A DNA stretch of 64,000 nt from an uncultured Pseudomonadales bacterium. GTDB lineage: Bacteria > Patescibacteriota > Microgenomatia > UBA1400 > PJMF01. The stretch lies in the NCBI GenBank assembly GCA_964537665.1, contig CAZIBP010000001.1, positions 11,972 through 75,971 on the forward strand. Reading direction: 5' to 3'. Under the pieces are notes generated by a model. It had not been told where the DNA came from. It worked only from the letters and a program-made list of their open reading frames with translations, and ran no database searches. Made by a program: the position numbers and the translations under genes. Shown here piece after piece: positions 1 through 7,888 of this stretch. The stretch's first letter is position 1, and every line of letters begins with the position of its first letter.

Positions 1-151
1 ACACTAAACCAATAATCAACATTTGCAAAAGAGGATTGAGAATAACCCATAAAAATCCCAACAATGTTCGCTTATAACGAGCTTTAATTTCTTTTTTAGT
101 TAAAAGATAAATAAAATCAAAATAATAGTGCCAATCCAAAGCTTGAGCCAT
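1..151 (-). CDS. ABC-2 type transporter permease (Wzm/TagG-like), N-terminal fragment running off the window edge
   Basis: Reverse-complement of 1..151 reads MAQALDWHYYFDFIYLLTKKEIKARYKRTLLGFLWVILNPLLQMLIIGLV. The (R/K)Y(K/R)xTxLGxxWxxLxPLL motif is typical of polysaccharide/teichoic-acid export ABC-2 permeases. Start ATG is the reverse-complement of 149..151. Confidence 0.5.
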   Translation of the reverse strand, partial: MAQALDWHYYFDFIYLLTKKEIKARYKRTLLGFLWVILNPLLQMLIIGLV

Positions 152-217
152 ACTCGACTAGGAGAATATCACACCTTAATACCCTCTTGCAAAGACAAAT
201 AAAAATATTTATTCTTA

Positions 218-1693
218 ATGTACAGCGCTATTTATTCTTCGTTCATGAACAATAATCCTAGAGATTTTCTACCAGCTAAATACAAAAAAGATCTACAAGA
301 AGAGACTGATGTTGTCACCGATCAAAATTCGACTGATTTAGATGTTAAGCAAGTCAATTCACTCTGGAGTGATTTGGCCAAAGAACCACCAGTTCCCCAA
401 TACAGAAACATCTCCGACACCAACCCAGACAAAGTAGTTAGCCCAGAACTGACCAAAATCGATCAACTTGCTGATATGCAGCAAAACATCGATCAAAATA
501 ATTTGACTGGTCAGAATGGTTTCACCTCAAAAAAGAAAGCTAATTCTAAGTTGGCCGGACTCTTGGTAGTCTTTTTTCTGGTCATTGGTGTCTTTGCCAG
601 CTATATGCTTAGCAGACAAAGTCAAGACAACCGACAACAGGCTTCTGGCGGAGAAAAGCTTTGTCTTGCAGATGATCCTTATTGTGTAAATGGTGAATGC
701 AAACCTGGATATAGCTTTGATGCTAGTGGAAAATGCGCACTTGGTGGTTCACTGGAAAATTGTGACCCAGCTCAGGGTGTTCATGAAATTGACGGCAAAT
801 GTTACCCCAAACAGTGTGAAAAAATTAACGGCATGATCATTTGTTCTGGCAACAGTGGTGGCGATCCATGTACTGAGGAATCTATGGGCGGCGACTGGTG
901 TGATTTACCAAATACCGCTCATCACGAAACATGTGAAGAAGTGGGCATGATTCGCTGTCAATGCGGCCCAAGTTGGTGGGTAATTGGTGATGCTCCTAGC
1001 TGTGACGCTCTTTGTGATGGAGCTGGCATTGAATGTCCCACTTGTAAACCCAGTGAGAAGCCAACCAAACCACCCAAAACCGGAACACCCACACCAACCC
1101 CCACTCCTTTAGCTTGCGGTGAATTTGGCTGCAAAGTTAATAGTGATTGTGGGGCAGGCTTAACTTGTCAGACCGTCAAAGTTGACAATAAAAATAAGAA
1201 AATTTGTGCTTTAGGCTCTAATCAATTGTTCTGTGCCGCCAACCCCACCACCAATAACTGTTGCAAGCCTCAATCTATGCCCGTTTGTTCCACCATCAAA
1301 ATACTCGACAAAGATCGCAATGAGATGACTGGTGACGATGATAAAAAACTCAAAACCGGTGACCAAATCTTCTTCCGTTGTAATGCCACCGGCAATAAAG
1401 ATGTTGACTTCAATTATGAATTTAGAATTTGGGTGCCAGGAAATAATTTCTGGATCAATCTCAGTAGAATCAACGATACTGTTGTAAGAAATATTTCTAA
1501 ACCATTCAAAATTGATGGGGCTGGCCACTACGTAGCTCAAGGACGTATTTGTTGGGGCAACGAATGCCAGGTTTGGGAAAAAGTCACTGGCGCCCCACCC
1601 ACCAACAACCAAAGGATTTCTTGTGTAAGAGATAGCGACTGTGCTGGGAACGAATTCTGCAACAAACAGTACTGTGAAACAAAACCAGATTAA
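218..1693 (+). CDS. Cys-rich membrane-anchored surface protein carrying one copy of an 8-Cys module shared with the next ORF
   Basis: 491-aa ORF with an N-terminal cytosolic stretch and a single TM (LAGLLVVFFLVIGVFASYML), followed by a large Cys-rich ectodomain. It carries a PT-rich linker (KPTKPPKTGTPTPTPTP) and the module ACGEFGCKVNSDCGAGLTCQ...NPTTNNCCKP. Confidence 0.6.
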   Translation: MYSAIYSSFMNNNPRDFLPAKYKKDLQEETDVVTDQNSTDLDVKQVNSLWSDLAKEPPVPQYRNISDTNPDKVVSPELTKIDQLADMQQNIDQNNLTGQNGFTSKKKANSKLAGLLVVFFLVIGVFASYMLSRQSQDNRQQASGGEKLCLADDPYCVNGECKPGYSFDASGKCALGGSLENCDPAQGVHEIDGKCYPKQCEKINGMIICSGNSGGDPCTEESMGGDWCDLPNTAHHETCEEVGMIRCQCGPSWWVIGDAPSCDALCDGAGIECPTCKPSEKPTKPPKTGTPTPTPTPLACGEFGCKVNSDCGAGLTCQTVKVDNKNKKICALGSNQLFCAANPTTNNCCKPQSMPVCSTIKILDKDRNEMTGDDDKKLKTGDQIFFRCNATGNKDVDFNYEFRIWVPGNNFWINLSRINDTVVRNISKPFKIDGAGHYVAQGRICWGNECQVWEKVTGAPPTNNQRISCVRDSDCAGNEFCNKQYCETKPD

Positions 1694-1704
1694 AAGATAG
1701 AAAA

Positions 1705-2871
1705 ATGAATATTAATCAAGATCAAGCACCAGCAAAATACCTTAAATCCAAACAAGGACTTAAGGCTGCCACCAACAAACCAAGTCTTAAAGTACTTGTG
1801 ATGCTGCTTGGTTTGTTAATTTTTATTGGTGGAGCTATTAGCGTTTTCTTGATTAGTCAAAAACAAACTACTGCCCCAGTTGCACCCACCGCACCTCAAT
1901 CTCAACCAGCCGCATACATTCAAAAAACTCAGACTTGTACCCTAGAATTTGATGTGACAAAACCAAGCAAACTAGCCTGTGGCGATCAAAGTTGTGCAAA
2001 CGATGACGATTGTGCCGGAGCCCTAATTTGTGTTGCTGCCAAAGACGGCAAGAAATATTGTGCTAGAGAAGCCTACAAAACCGCTTGTATTGATAGTCCC
2101 ACAAAAAAGAACTGCTGCACTCCTCCAGAACAAGAACTTATCGCTTGCGGAGAAAAAGGTTGCGCTAGCTCTGATGATTGTGAAGAAGGCTTAGTCTGTC
2201 TTGCCACTGGAGATGATGGTGAAAAATATTGTGCCAAAGAAATCTATCAAACTGCCTGTACTGCCAATCCCACAGTTAAAACTTGCTGCGAAGCTCCTGA
2301 AAAAGAACCTCTGGCCTGCGGCGAAAGTGATTGTGCTAAAACCGAAGACTGTAAAGAAGGCTTCGTTTGTATCACAACTTCTGCTGTCGATGACAACAAT
2401 AATCCTGTTAAATACTGTGCTGATGAAAAATACCTTGACGCATGCGTAGCTAATCCTAATGAAAAAAATTGCTGTCAAGCTCCACCCACCACGACTCCCA
2501 CCGATGAACCAACTGTGACTCCAACCGACGAGCCAACTGTAACTCCCACCGATGAACCAACTGTGACTCCAACCGACGAGCCAACTGTAACTCCCACTGC
2601 AACCGTTACTACAGTTATCACCACTGTCGGCTGCAATGACGACTGTAGCGCCAATGCTGACTGTGCCAATATTAGTCACATCTGTTACAACGGACAATGT
2701 CGTCTGGACGTTAATCCGACCGATAGCCAGTGTAAATTACCTAGTGGTGAAACCACTATTGTTCGTCCAGTCAAAGTTCCCACCCAAAGCGGCCCAGCTG
2801 AATGGGTAAACTACATCAAAGCTGGATTGGGTGCACTAGGAGTTGGTGCCTTGCTGCTCCTACTTTTGTAG
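1705..2871 (+). CDS. Cys-rich repeat surface protein with four copies of a ~57-aa 8-Cys module, a PTDEPTVT tandem repeat and a C-terminal hydrophobic tail
   Basis: 388-aa ORF with an N-terminal signal-anchor. Four repeats fit ACGxxxCAxxxDCxxGLxC(x8-12)KYCAxExYxxAC(x3)P(x3)NCCxxP. The PTDEPTVT unit occurs four times. It ends GLGALGVGALLLLLL. Confidence 0.6.
   Translation: MNINQDQAPAKYLKSKQGLKAATNKPSLKVLVMLLGLLIFIGGAISVFLISQKQTTAPVAPTAPQSQPAAYIQKTQTCTLEFDVTKPSKLACGDQSCANDDDCAGALICVAAKDGKKYCAREAYKTACIDSPTKKNCCTPPEQELIACGEKGCASSDDCEEGLVCLATGDDGEKYCAKEIYQTACTANPTVKTCCEAPEKEPLACGESDCAKTEDCKEGFVCITTSAVDDNNNPVKYCADEKYLDACVANPNEKNCCQAPPTTTPTDEPTVTPTDEPTVTPTDEPTVTPTDEPTVTPTATVTTVITTVGCNDDCSANADCANISHICYNGQCRLDVNPTDSQCKLPSGETTIVRPVKVPTQSGPAEWVNYIKAGLGALGVGALLLLLL
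2497..2592. repeat. Coding tandem repeat: four 24-nt units each encoding PTDEPTVT, in two alternating synonymous variants (A-B-A-B)
   Basis: cccaccgatgaaccaactgtgact / ccaaccgacgagccaactgtaact read directly in the sequence. It lies inside the 1705..2871 CDS. Confidence 0.8.
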
Positions 2872-2918
2872 AAATCTGCTAAAATCTATCTCTGGTTAGG
2901 AAATTAGAAAACGCACAA

Positions 2919-2995
2919 GCGTGTGTAGCTCAATTGGTCAGAGCTCCAAGCTTATACCTTGGTGGTTCTAGGTTCGAGTCCTAGCACACGCACCA
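2919..2995 (+). tRNA. tRNA-Ile with anticodon TAT (UAU, reads AUA), CCA encoded
   Basis: Manual cloverleaf fold: 7-bp acceptor GCGTGTG/CACACGC; D-stem GCTC/GAGC; anticodon stem CCAAG/CTTGG with loop CTTATAC (U33, anticodon T34-A35-T36, A37); T-arm CTAGG-TTCGAGT-CCTAG; discriminator A, then CCA. Confidence 0.7.
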
Positions 2996-3026
2996 CAATG
3001 AATTTGCCTTCTGTTAAAATAGAATT

Positions 3027-3446
3027 ATGCTCCGCAAGTTGTTTATCATTGTCATCACCCTGTTTATATTATTTGCTGTATATCAGTTTGCAAAAAAACA
3101 AGGCCTTTTGCCCAACCAAATTTTTTCCCAAATTGAAAATAAAATTCCAGATCAAATCACTTTGCCTTGGCAAAAAAATCAAAAGATTGAAGTTAATCAA
3201 ATTAATTTTAAAAAGGAAGATCTGGAAAAAATTGGTGCCAATGGACTCTCGCAGATTAAAATCCTGAGTCAAAAAGCCAAAGAATCTGGCGAACTAGCAA
3301 AAGATTTTATTGAGGAAGTAGTCAAAGTTGATGAAGACAAAGACAAAAATCTTTCAGAAAAAGCTTTTGAATATGGTAGATATATTTACTGCCAAGAGGT
3401 TGTCAAACAATATGAAGCTAGTGGCTCATCGAGCACTAACTTTTGA
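3027..3446 (+). CDS. Hypothetical small membrane-anchored protein
   Basis: 139-aa ORF with an N-terminal TM (LFIIVITLFILFAVYQF) and a charged C-terminal region. No recognisable motif. Confidence 0.4.
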   Translation: MLRKLFIIVITLFILFAVYQFAKKQGLLPNQIFSQIENKIPDQITLPWQKNQKIEVNQINFKKEDLEKIGANGLSQIKILSQKAKESGELAKDFIEEVVKVDEDKDKNLSEKAFEYGRYIYCQEVVKQYEASGSSSTNF

Positions 3447-3451
3447 AAAAT

Positions 3452-4450
3452 TTAAAATAAATGTTTATCTAAATATTTAGGTCGTTGGCCCACTCCAGAG
3501 GGAATAATTTTTTTGACATAAGACATTTCTTTCAAAACTTGCGCCACTGCAATTTCATATTTGGGCAAAGTTAAAACGTGGACGTTAAAACCAGTATTAA
3601 TGGTAAAATAAACTGGTATACCAGATTTTCTTAATTTTCTAACTGTTTGCATAACCGCAATTGTTCCTGGATAAAGTAATAAAATACTTGGTTGACTAGT
3701 CAATAAAATGCTGTGAAATTCCAAAGCTTCTGCCTCAACCAATTCTCCCAAAGTCTTAAAGTCATTTTGGTAAATAGCTTGTTTAACAGCAAATAACTTA
3801 TTTGCAATTTTGGCTTGACGTGCCAAGAAAAATGGGCTCGTTGCTGCCAATTCATGACCAGTGGTAGAACTCATGTCTTTTTTATCTTCTGAAACGATTG
3901 CCACTAAATCGCGAATTTCAAAATCTTGAGGATCAGCAAAACTCTGGGCATAAGATTGCTCAGAAGTGTCGGCATCCAACCACTCAACAAAACCGCCACA
4001 AACACAGCGACAAGCAGTTCCAGATCCTTTTCTGGCTAGAATTGAAAGTTCTTTTTCTGACAAGTCCAAACCAATGGCCTTACTAGCAGCTAGAGTTAGA
4101 GCAGCAAAACCAGATCCAGAGCTAGAAAGACCAGTACTCTTGGGAAAATTATTCTCCGAAACCACTTTGGCAAAAATAGTCTGACTCACAAGTCCTTTTT
4201 CTTTGGCCAAAGTTCTAATACGATTTAAGTGCTCCACCACGCGTGAAACCTCATCTTCTTCAATTTCACCATTAATTATTAATTCATCTTGAGTTAGATT
4301 TGCTAAAAACTCCACCGTGGTGATGGTATTTAGAGAATTCAAAATCATTGAAATACTACCATTAGCTGGCAAACGCAAAGTGTTATCCTTTTTGCCCCAA
4401 TATTTCACCAAAGCAATATCACTCCCCGCCTGCACCGTAATTTTTTGCAT
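3452..4450 (-). CDS. mvaD: Diphosphomevalonate decarboxylase (GHMP family)
   Basis: N-terminus ...DIALVKYWGKKD..., GLSSSGSGFAALTLAASKA GHMP motif, and ...TACRCVCGGFVEW..., all typical of MVD. Last gene of the mevalonate operon. Confidence 0.8.
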   Translation of the reverse strand: MQKITVQAGSDIALVKYWGKKDNTLRLPANGSISMILNSLNTITTVEFLANLTQDELIINGEIEEDEVSRVVEHLNRIRTLAKEKGLVSQTIFAKVVSENNFPKSTGLSSSGSGFAALTLAASKAIGLDLSEKELSILARKGSGTACRCVCGGFVEWLDADTSEQSYAQSFADPQDFEIRDLVAIVSEDKKDMSSTTGHELAATSPFFLARQAKIANKLFAVKQAIYQNDFKTLGELVEAEALEFHSILLTSQPSILLLYPGTIAVMQTVRKLRKSGIPVYFTINTGFNVHVLTLPKYEIAVAQVLKEMSYVKKIIPSGVGQRPKYLDKHLF

Positions 4451-4454
4451 AAAA

Positions 4455-5447
4455 TTATTTTTCCACTCTCACTCCGGGAGCATTCATTGTTACTTCAATA
4501 ATTTTACCACCGGCTTTTGTAATAGCTGCTGCGACCTTCAGTCTGTCATTGTGTCCCGTCAAAGCCAACATACAATCTCCACCACCAGCTCCCGAAAGCT
4601 TGGCCCCCATTGCTCCAGCAGCTTTACTAGCAACAATTAAATTCTCTAATTCAATGCTACTAACTCGCAACTGACGCAACAAGTTTTGGTTTTGATCCAT
4701 TAATGAACCCAAATGCGTCCAATCTTGAGATTTAAGGCTTCGTTTGGCCTGTTGGACAAGCAAGGTAATTTTTGTAAAAATATCCGTAGTAAAGTCTTGA
4801 TGTTGATTAGCTAAGTTTTGCACCATTCTAACTAAGGTGGCTGTATCAGCTTTTATACCTGTATAGCCAACTAAAAATGGCAAACTTTCCAATTCAATTT
4901 GTTCAATTAATTTATGATTTTTGGTATTTGCATTCAAAGGAGTAAAATAAATCGTTCCTCCCCAAATTGCCGCAGCAATGTCAAAACCAGAAGCCACTCC
5001 TTGCACCTCTAAAACCGTTTTATAGCAGAGCTGAAAGAGCTGATCATTAGTCATTGGCACTTCATAAAATTCACTCAGAGCCTTAGCAAAAGCGACTGTG
5101 CTGGCACTACTAGAACCCAAGCCGTAAGAAGATTTGAATTCGTTTTGACTACAAACGTGAATAGTTTTTTTCTGAGGATATTTTTCCAAAAAAAACTTAT
5201 AACAATTTTCAATAAAACTTACTTCTTTTGGCAAATCCTGATTACCAAGATCTTTAATATTTTTTGAGTAAGCTCGTAAACCAAGATCGGGAGCATCAAG
5301 AACAAAAAGTTCCTCCCCATTTTCTTCAATGGTAATTGATAAGCGACGATCAACAGCCGTTACGATGCAAGGATGACCAAAAACCACACTATGTTCACCA
5401 AAAAGCATAAGTTTGCCTGGTGCTGAAGTTCTAATTACTTTTTTCAT
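4455..5447 (-). CDS. GHMP kinase, mevalonate-kinase-like (mevalonate or phosphomevalonate kinase candidate)
   Basis: N-terminal SAPGKLMLFGEHSVVFG, GLGSSSAS ATP-binding motif, GVASGFD motif. 4-bp overlap with the upstream paralog. Confidence 0.65.
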   Translation of the reverse strand: MKKVIRTSAPGKLMLFGEHSVVFGHPCIVTAVDRRLSITIEENGEELFVLDAPDLGLRAYSKNIKDLGNQDLPKEVSFIENCYKFFLEKYPQKKTIHVCSQNEFKSSYGLGSSSASTVAFAKALSEFYEVPMTNDQLFQLCYKTVLEVQGVASGFDIAAAIWGGTIYFTPLNANTKNHKLIEQIELESLPFLVGYTGIKADTATLVRMVQNLANQHQDFTTDIFTKITLLVQQAKRSLKSQDWTHLGSLMDQNQNLLRQLRVSSIELENLIVASKAAGAMGAKLSGAGGGDCMLALTGHNDRLKVAAAITKAGGKIIEVTMNAPGVRVEK

Positions 5448-6307
5448 ATAATTCCCAATTTAGTTCTTAAAAAAGGCCAACCCCAATTTTGCAATTCTTT
5501 TTCAAAAGTTGGCGCGTCTTCATGAAAAGCTAAAATATAACCAGAACCAGTTGCTACTCCACCAGCTCCAGTAATTTTGCAAAAAGCACCCAGTTGTTGC
5601 AATTTCCTAATAATTTGCCTGGCAACATTTCCCACCACGCCAAGTTCCTCCAAAAAAAGTTGATTCTCATTTAATAAACCAGGATCAAAATGACCATTTT
5701 CTAAATCAATTAACATTTTTTGACTCAAATCGCCAATTTGGTGCAAAATTTTTTGATTTCTTACCTGACTAGCAACTTTTGCCACCATTTCTCCGGTTGA
5801 TTCTTTAGCTGCACCAGAATCGATTAGGAAAAAAACTCGTTTATTAAGCGCAGCTGTGGAGATTCTTGTGAATATGCCCCTTCTGAAGGCAATAAGTCCC
5901 TCATAAACTACAATGCTCGGATCAGCTCCGCTAGATTTACCATGAATAAAATTTTCTGCCTCTAGAACTAGCTTATAAAGTTGGTCCAAATTAAGTGGAT
6001 GATTACAAAAATGAGCTAATTCTTTCAAAACTGCTGCAGCAAAAGCTGCTGAAGAACCTAAGCCTGATTTTTCTTGCAAAGAAGATTCAACTTTTAGACC
6101 AAAAGAAGGCACTTTTTGATCAATTGCTTTGGCAAAAAGAGCAATGAGATGCTGTAGATATAAATCTTGTTGTTGATGATGATTCAAAACACCAACCCTG
6201 ATAGTTGCTTTAACGCCCAAATTTAAACTAGCCAAAATAGCAGTTTGCCCAGCAACAACACTGTGTTCACCAGTTAAAATAACTTTACCAGGTGCAAAAC
6301 TAGACAT
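5444..6307 (-). CDS. Mevalonate kinase (GHMP family)
   Basis: FAPGKVILTGEHSVVAG, GLGSSAAFAAA, and the HGKSSGADPS motif of mevalonate kinases. Confidence 0.7.
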   Translation of the reverse strand: MSSFAPGKVILTGEHSVVAGQTAILASLNLGVKATIRVGVLNHHQQQDLYLQHLIALFAKAIDQKVPSFGLKVESSLQEKSGLGSSAAFAAAVLKELAHFCNHPLNLDQLYKLVLEAENFIHGKSSGADPSIVVYEGLIAFRRGIFTRISTAALNKRVFFLIDSGAAKESTGEMVAKVASQVRNQKILHQIGDLSQKMLIDLENGHFDPGLLNENQLFLEELGVVGNVARQIIRKLQQLGAFCKITGAGGVATGSGYILAFHEDAPTFEKELQNWGWPFLRTKLGII

Positions 6308-6617
6308 GACTCGCCTTCAAGCCGTAGCAGATAACTTCCTGCTGGGCTTCTTTCTTAATTTTGCGCAACACTATTTCCACCTCATCACCAACCATAAATT
6401 CTTGATGAGCGGCTCCCATTAAGGAAATTCTCTCTTTATCTAGTTCTATCAATAAATAAGCATAAGGCAACAATTCCACCTGATCAGTCGCCGCCACTTC
6501 CATCATTGAAACAGCTAGTACTTTGCCTCTTTTACCCAAATATTTTGCCCAATTTTGATTAGATCGCCAATATTCTGTAATTTGCATAAAATCTTTCCAT
6601 CTAAACAAATAAATCAA
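6300..6617 (-). CDS. DUF35-type OB-fold protein, scaffold partner of archaeal thiolase/HMG-CoA synthase
   Basis: 105-aa ORF immediately downstream of the thiolase and HMG-CoA synthase genes. Size and operon position match the archaeal DUF35 component; identity from sequence alone is weak. Confidence 0.55.
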   Translation of the reverse strand: MIYLFRWKDFMQITEYWRSNQNWAKYLGKRGKVLAVSMMEVAATDQVELLPYAYLLIELDKERISLMGAAHQEFMVGDEVEIVLRKIKKEAQQEVICYGLKASHV

Positions 6618-6785
6618 AACTTAGTCCTTTAACAGGAGACCATTTACAGGAGCTGATTAATAAACATAAATAAACAATTATGTTTATAGACAGCGACTGC
6701 AATGAGTGCAGAAGAAGATTGTCAACTTAAACAAGCTAATAATTTTCGTCTAACGTGTCTCATGTTAAAGGACTAAGTTTTGATT
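6612..6785. repeat. 23-bp perfect inverted repeat (aatcaaaacttagtcctttaaca, 6612..6634, and its exact reverse complement, 6763..6785) flanking a 128-bp spacer
   Basis: Read directly. The arms overlap the stop of the thiolase gene and the start of the DUF35 gene. Confidence 0.75.
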
Positions 6786-7888
6786 CCTAATATATTAACC
6801 ACCGCAGTTGCCCCACTTCCACCAACATTGTGCGCGAGTGCTCGCTCAAATTGTCCAGATTCAATTAGGGCAGATAAGAAAGCAATCTGCTTGACACCGG
6901 TAGCTCCAACTGGATGCCCACAAGCTTTTAATCCACCAGATGGATTGATGACTACTTGACCTCCATAACTTGCCTGATGATTAGCAATTGCTGCTGCGGC
7001 TTGACCTTTAGCAAAAAAGCCCAAATCTTCTGCTGCCAAAATTTCTGCAATACTAAAACAATCATGGACCTCAATTGCTTGAATATCTTTTTGACTCAAA
7101 GCAGCCATTTTAAAAGCTTGTTTGGCTGCTTTGGTGGTTGCCGCCAATTGACCTAAATCCTGGCGATCTTGTAATGCTAGGGTGTCCTGACCATGTCCAA
7201 AACCGAGAATTTGCGTTTTGCGTGAAGATTTTTTGCTACTTAAAATCACTGCTGCCACACCATCACTAATTGGGGAGCAATCTAAAAGTCTAAGCGGTGA
7301 AGCCACCAAAGGAGAATTAGAAACTTCTTCCAAAGTGAATTTTTTGTGGAATTGAGCTTTGGGATTACTAAAAGCGTGTAAGTGATTTTTCACAACTACA
7401 CTCGATAATTGTTCGCGACTGGTGCCATAGCGATTCATGTGATAATTAGCCAAGATCGCATAAAGAGCTGGAAAAGTTGAACCATACTCTTTCTCTCGAC
7501 TAGCTGCAGTAGCCAAAATTGCACTAGTCTGACTACCTGCTACATCAGTCATTTTTTCCACCCCCAAAACCAAAACAGTCTGATATAGACCGCTAAGTAG
7601 AGCTTGCTGAGCTGCAATCACTGCCAAACCACCCGAAGCACAAGCTCCCTCAACACGCATTGCAGGAGGAAAATGTTCAAACTGCTCACTAACCAAAGCA
7701 CCTAAATGTCTTTGTTCATTAAAACTACCACCAGCTTTATTAGCGACAAAAATTGCATCAATTTCTTGAGATTTGATTGCTGAATCAGTCAAAACACCAG
7801 AGACTCCCTCCTGAACTAAATCGGTTAAACTTTTTGCCCAAAGTTCTCCAAACTGGCTAATGTAGCTACCAATTACTTTAATGTTCAT
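6773..7888 (-). CDS. Thiolase (acetyl-CoA C-acetyltransferase), archaeal-type short form
   Basis: 371 aa with the active-site region VEGACASGGLAVIAA and a C-terminal GHPVGATG motif typical of the thiolase fold. Overlaps the HMG-CoA synthase gene by 11 nt. Confidence 0.75.
   Translation of the reverse strand: MNIKVIGSYISQFGELWAKSLTDLVQEGVSGVLTDSAIKSQEIDAIFVANKAGGSFNEQRHLGALVSEQFEHFPPAMRVEGACASGGLAVIAAQQALLSGLYQTVLVLGVEKMTDVAGSQTSAILATAASREKEYGSTFPALYAILANYHMNRYGTSREQLSSVVVKNHLHAFSNPKAQFHKKFTLEEVSNSPLVASPLRLLDCSPISDGVAAVILSSKKSSRKTQILGFGHGQDTLALQDRQDLGQLAATTKAAKQAFKMAALSQKDIQAIEVHDCFSIAEILAAEDLGFFAKGQAAAAIANHQASYGGQVVINPSGGLKACGHPVGATGVKQIAFLSALIESGQFERALAHNVGGSGATAVVNILGIKT

Noticed and set aside
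2497-2592. Regular 24-nt direct repeats considered as a possible CRISPR-like array.
   Set aside because: The repeats are contiguous with no spacers, lie in frame inside a CDS, and encode a PTDEPTVT linker. This is a coding tandem repeat, not a CRISPR array. No CRISPR-like repeat-spacer structure was seen anywhere in the window.
1211-2697. Antisense or overlapping ORFs from the track (1211..1612, 2191..2697, 2201..2449, 2475..2669) inside the Cys-rich surface-protein genes.
   Set aside because: These are shadow ORFs within longer, better-supported frames; low-complexity repeats generate open frames on the opposite strand. The same reasoning applies to 42611..42979, 43256..45281, 49227..50237, 54773..55150, 60439..61493 and others.
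2959-3267. 102-aa ORF overlapping the tRNA-Ile 3' end and the start of the 3027..3446 ORF.
   Set aside because: It overlaps a confidently folded tRNA and a better-positioned ORF with a TM segment. It is likely spurious.
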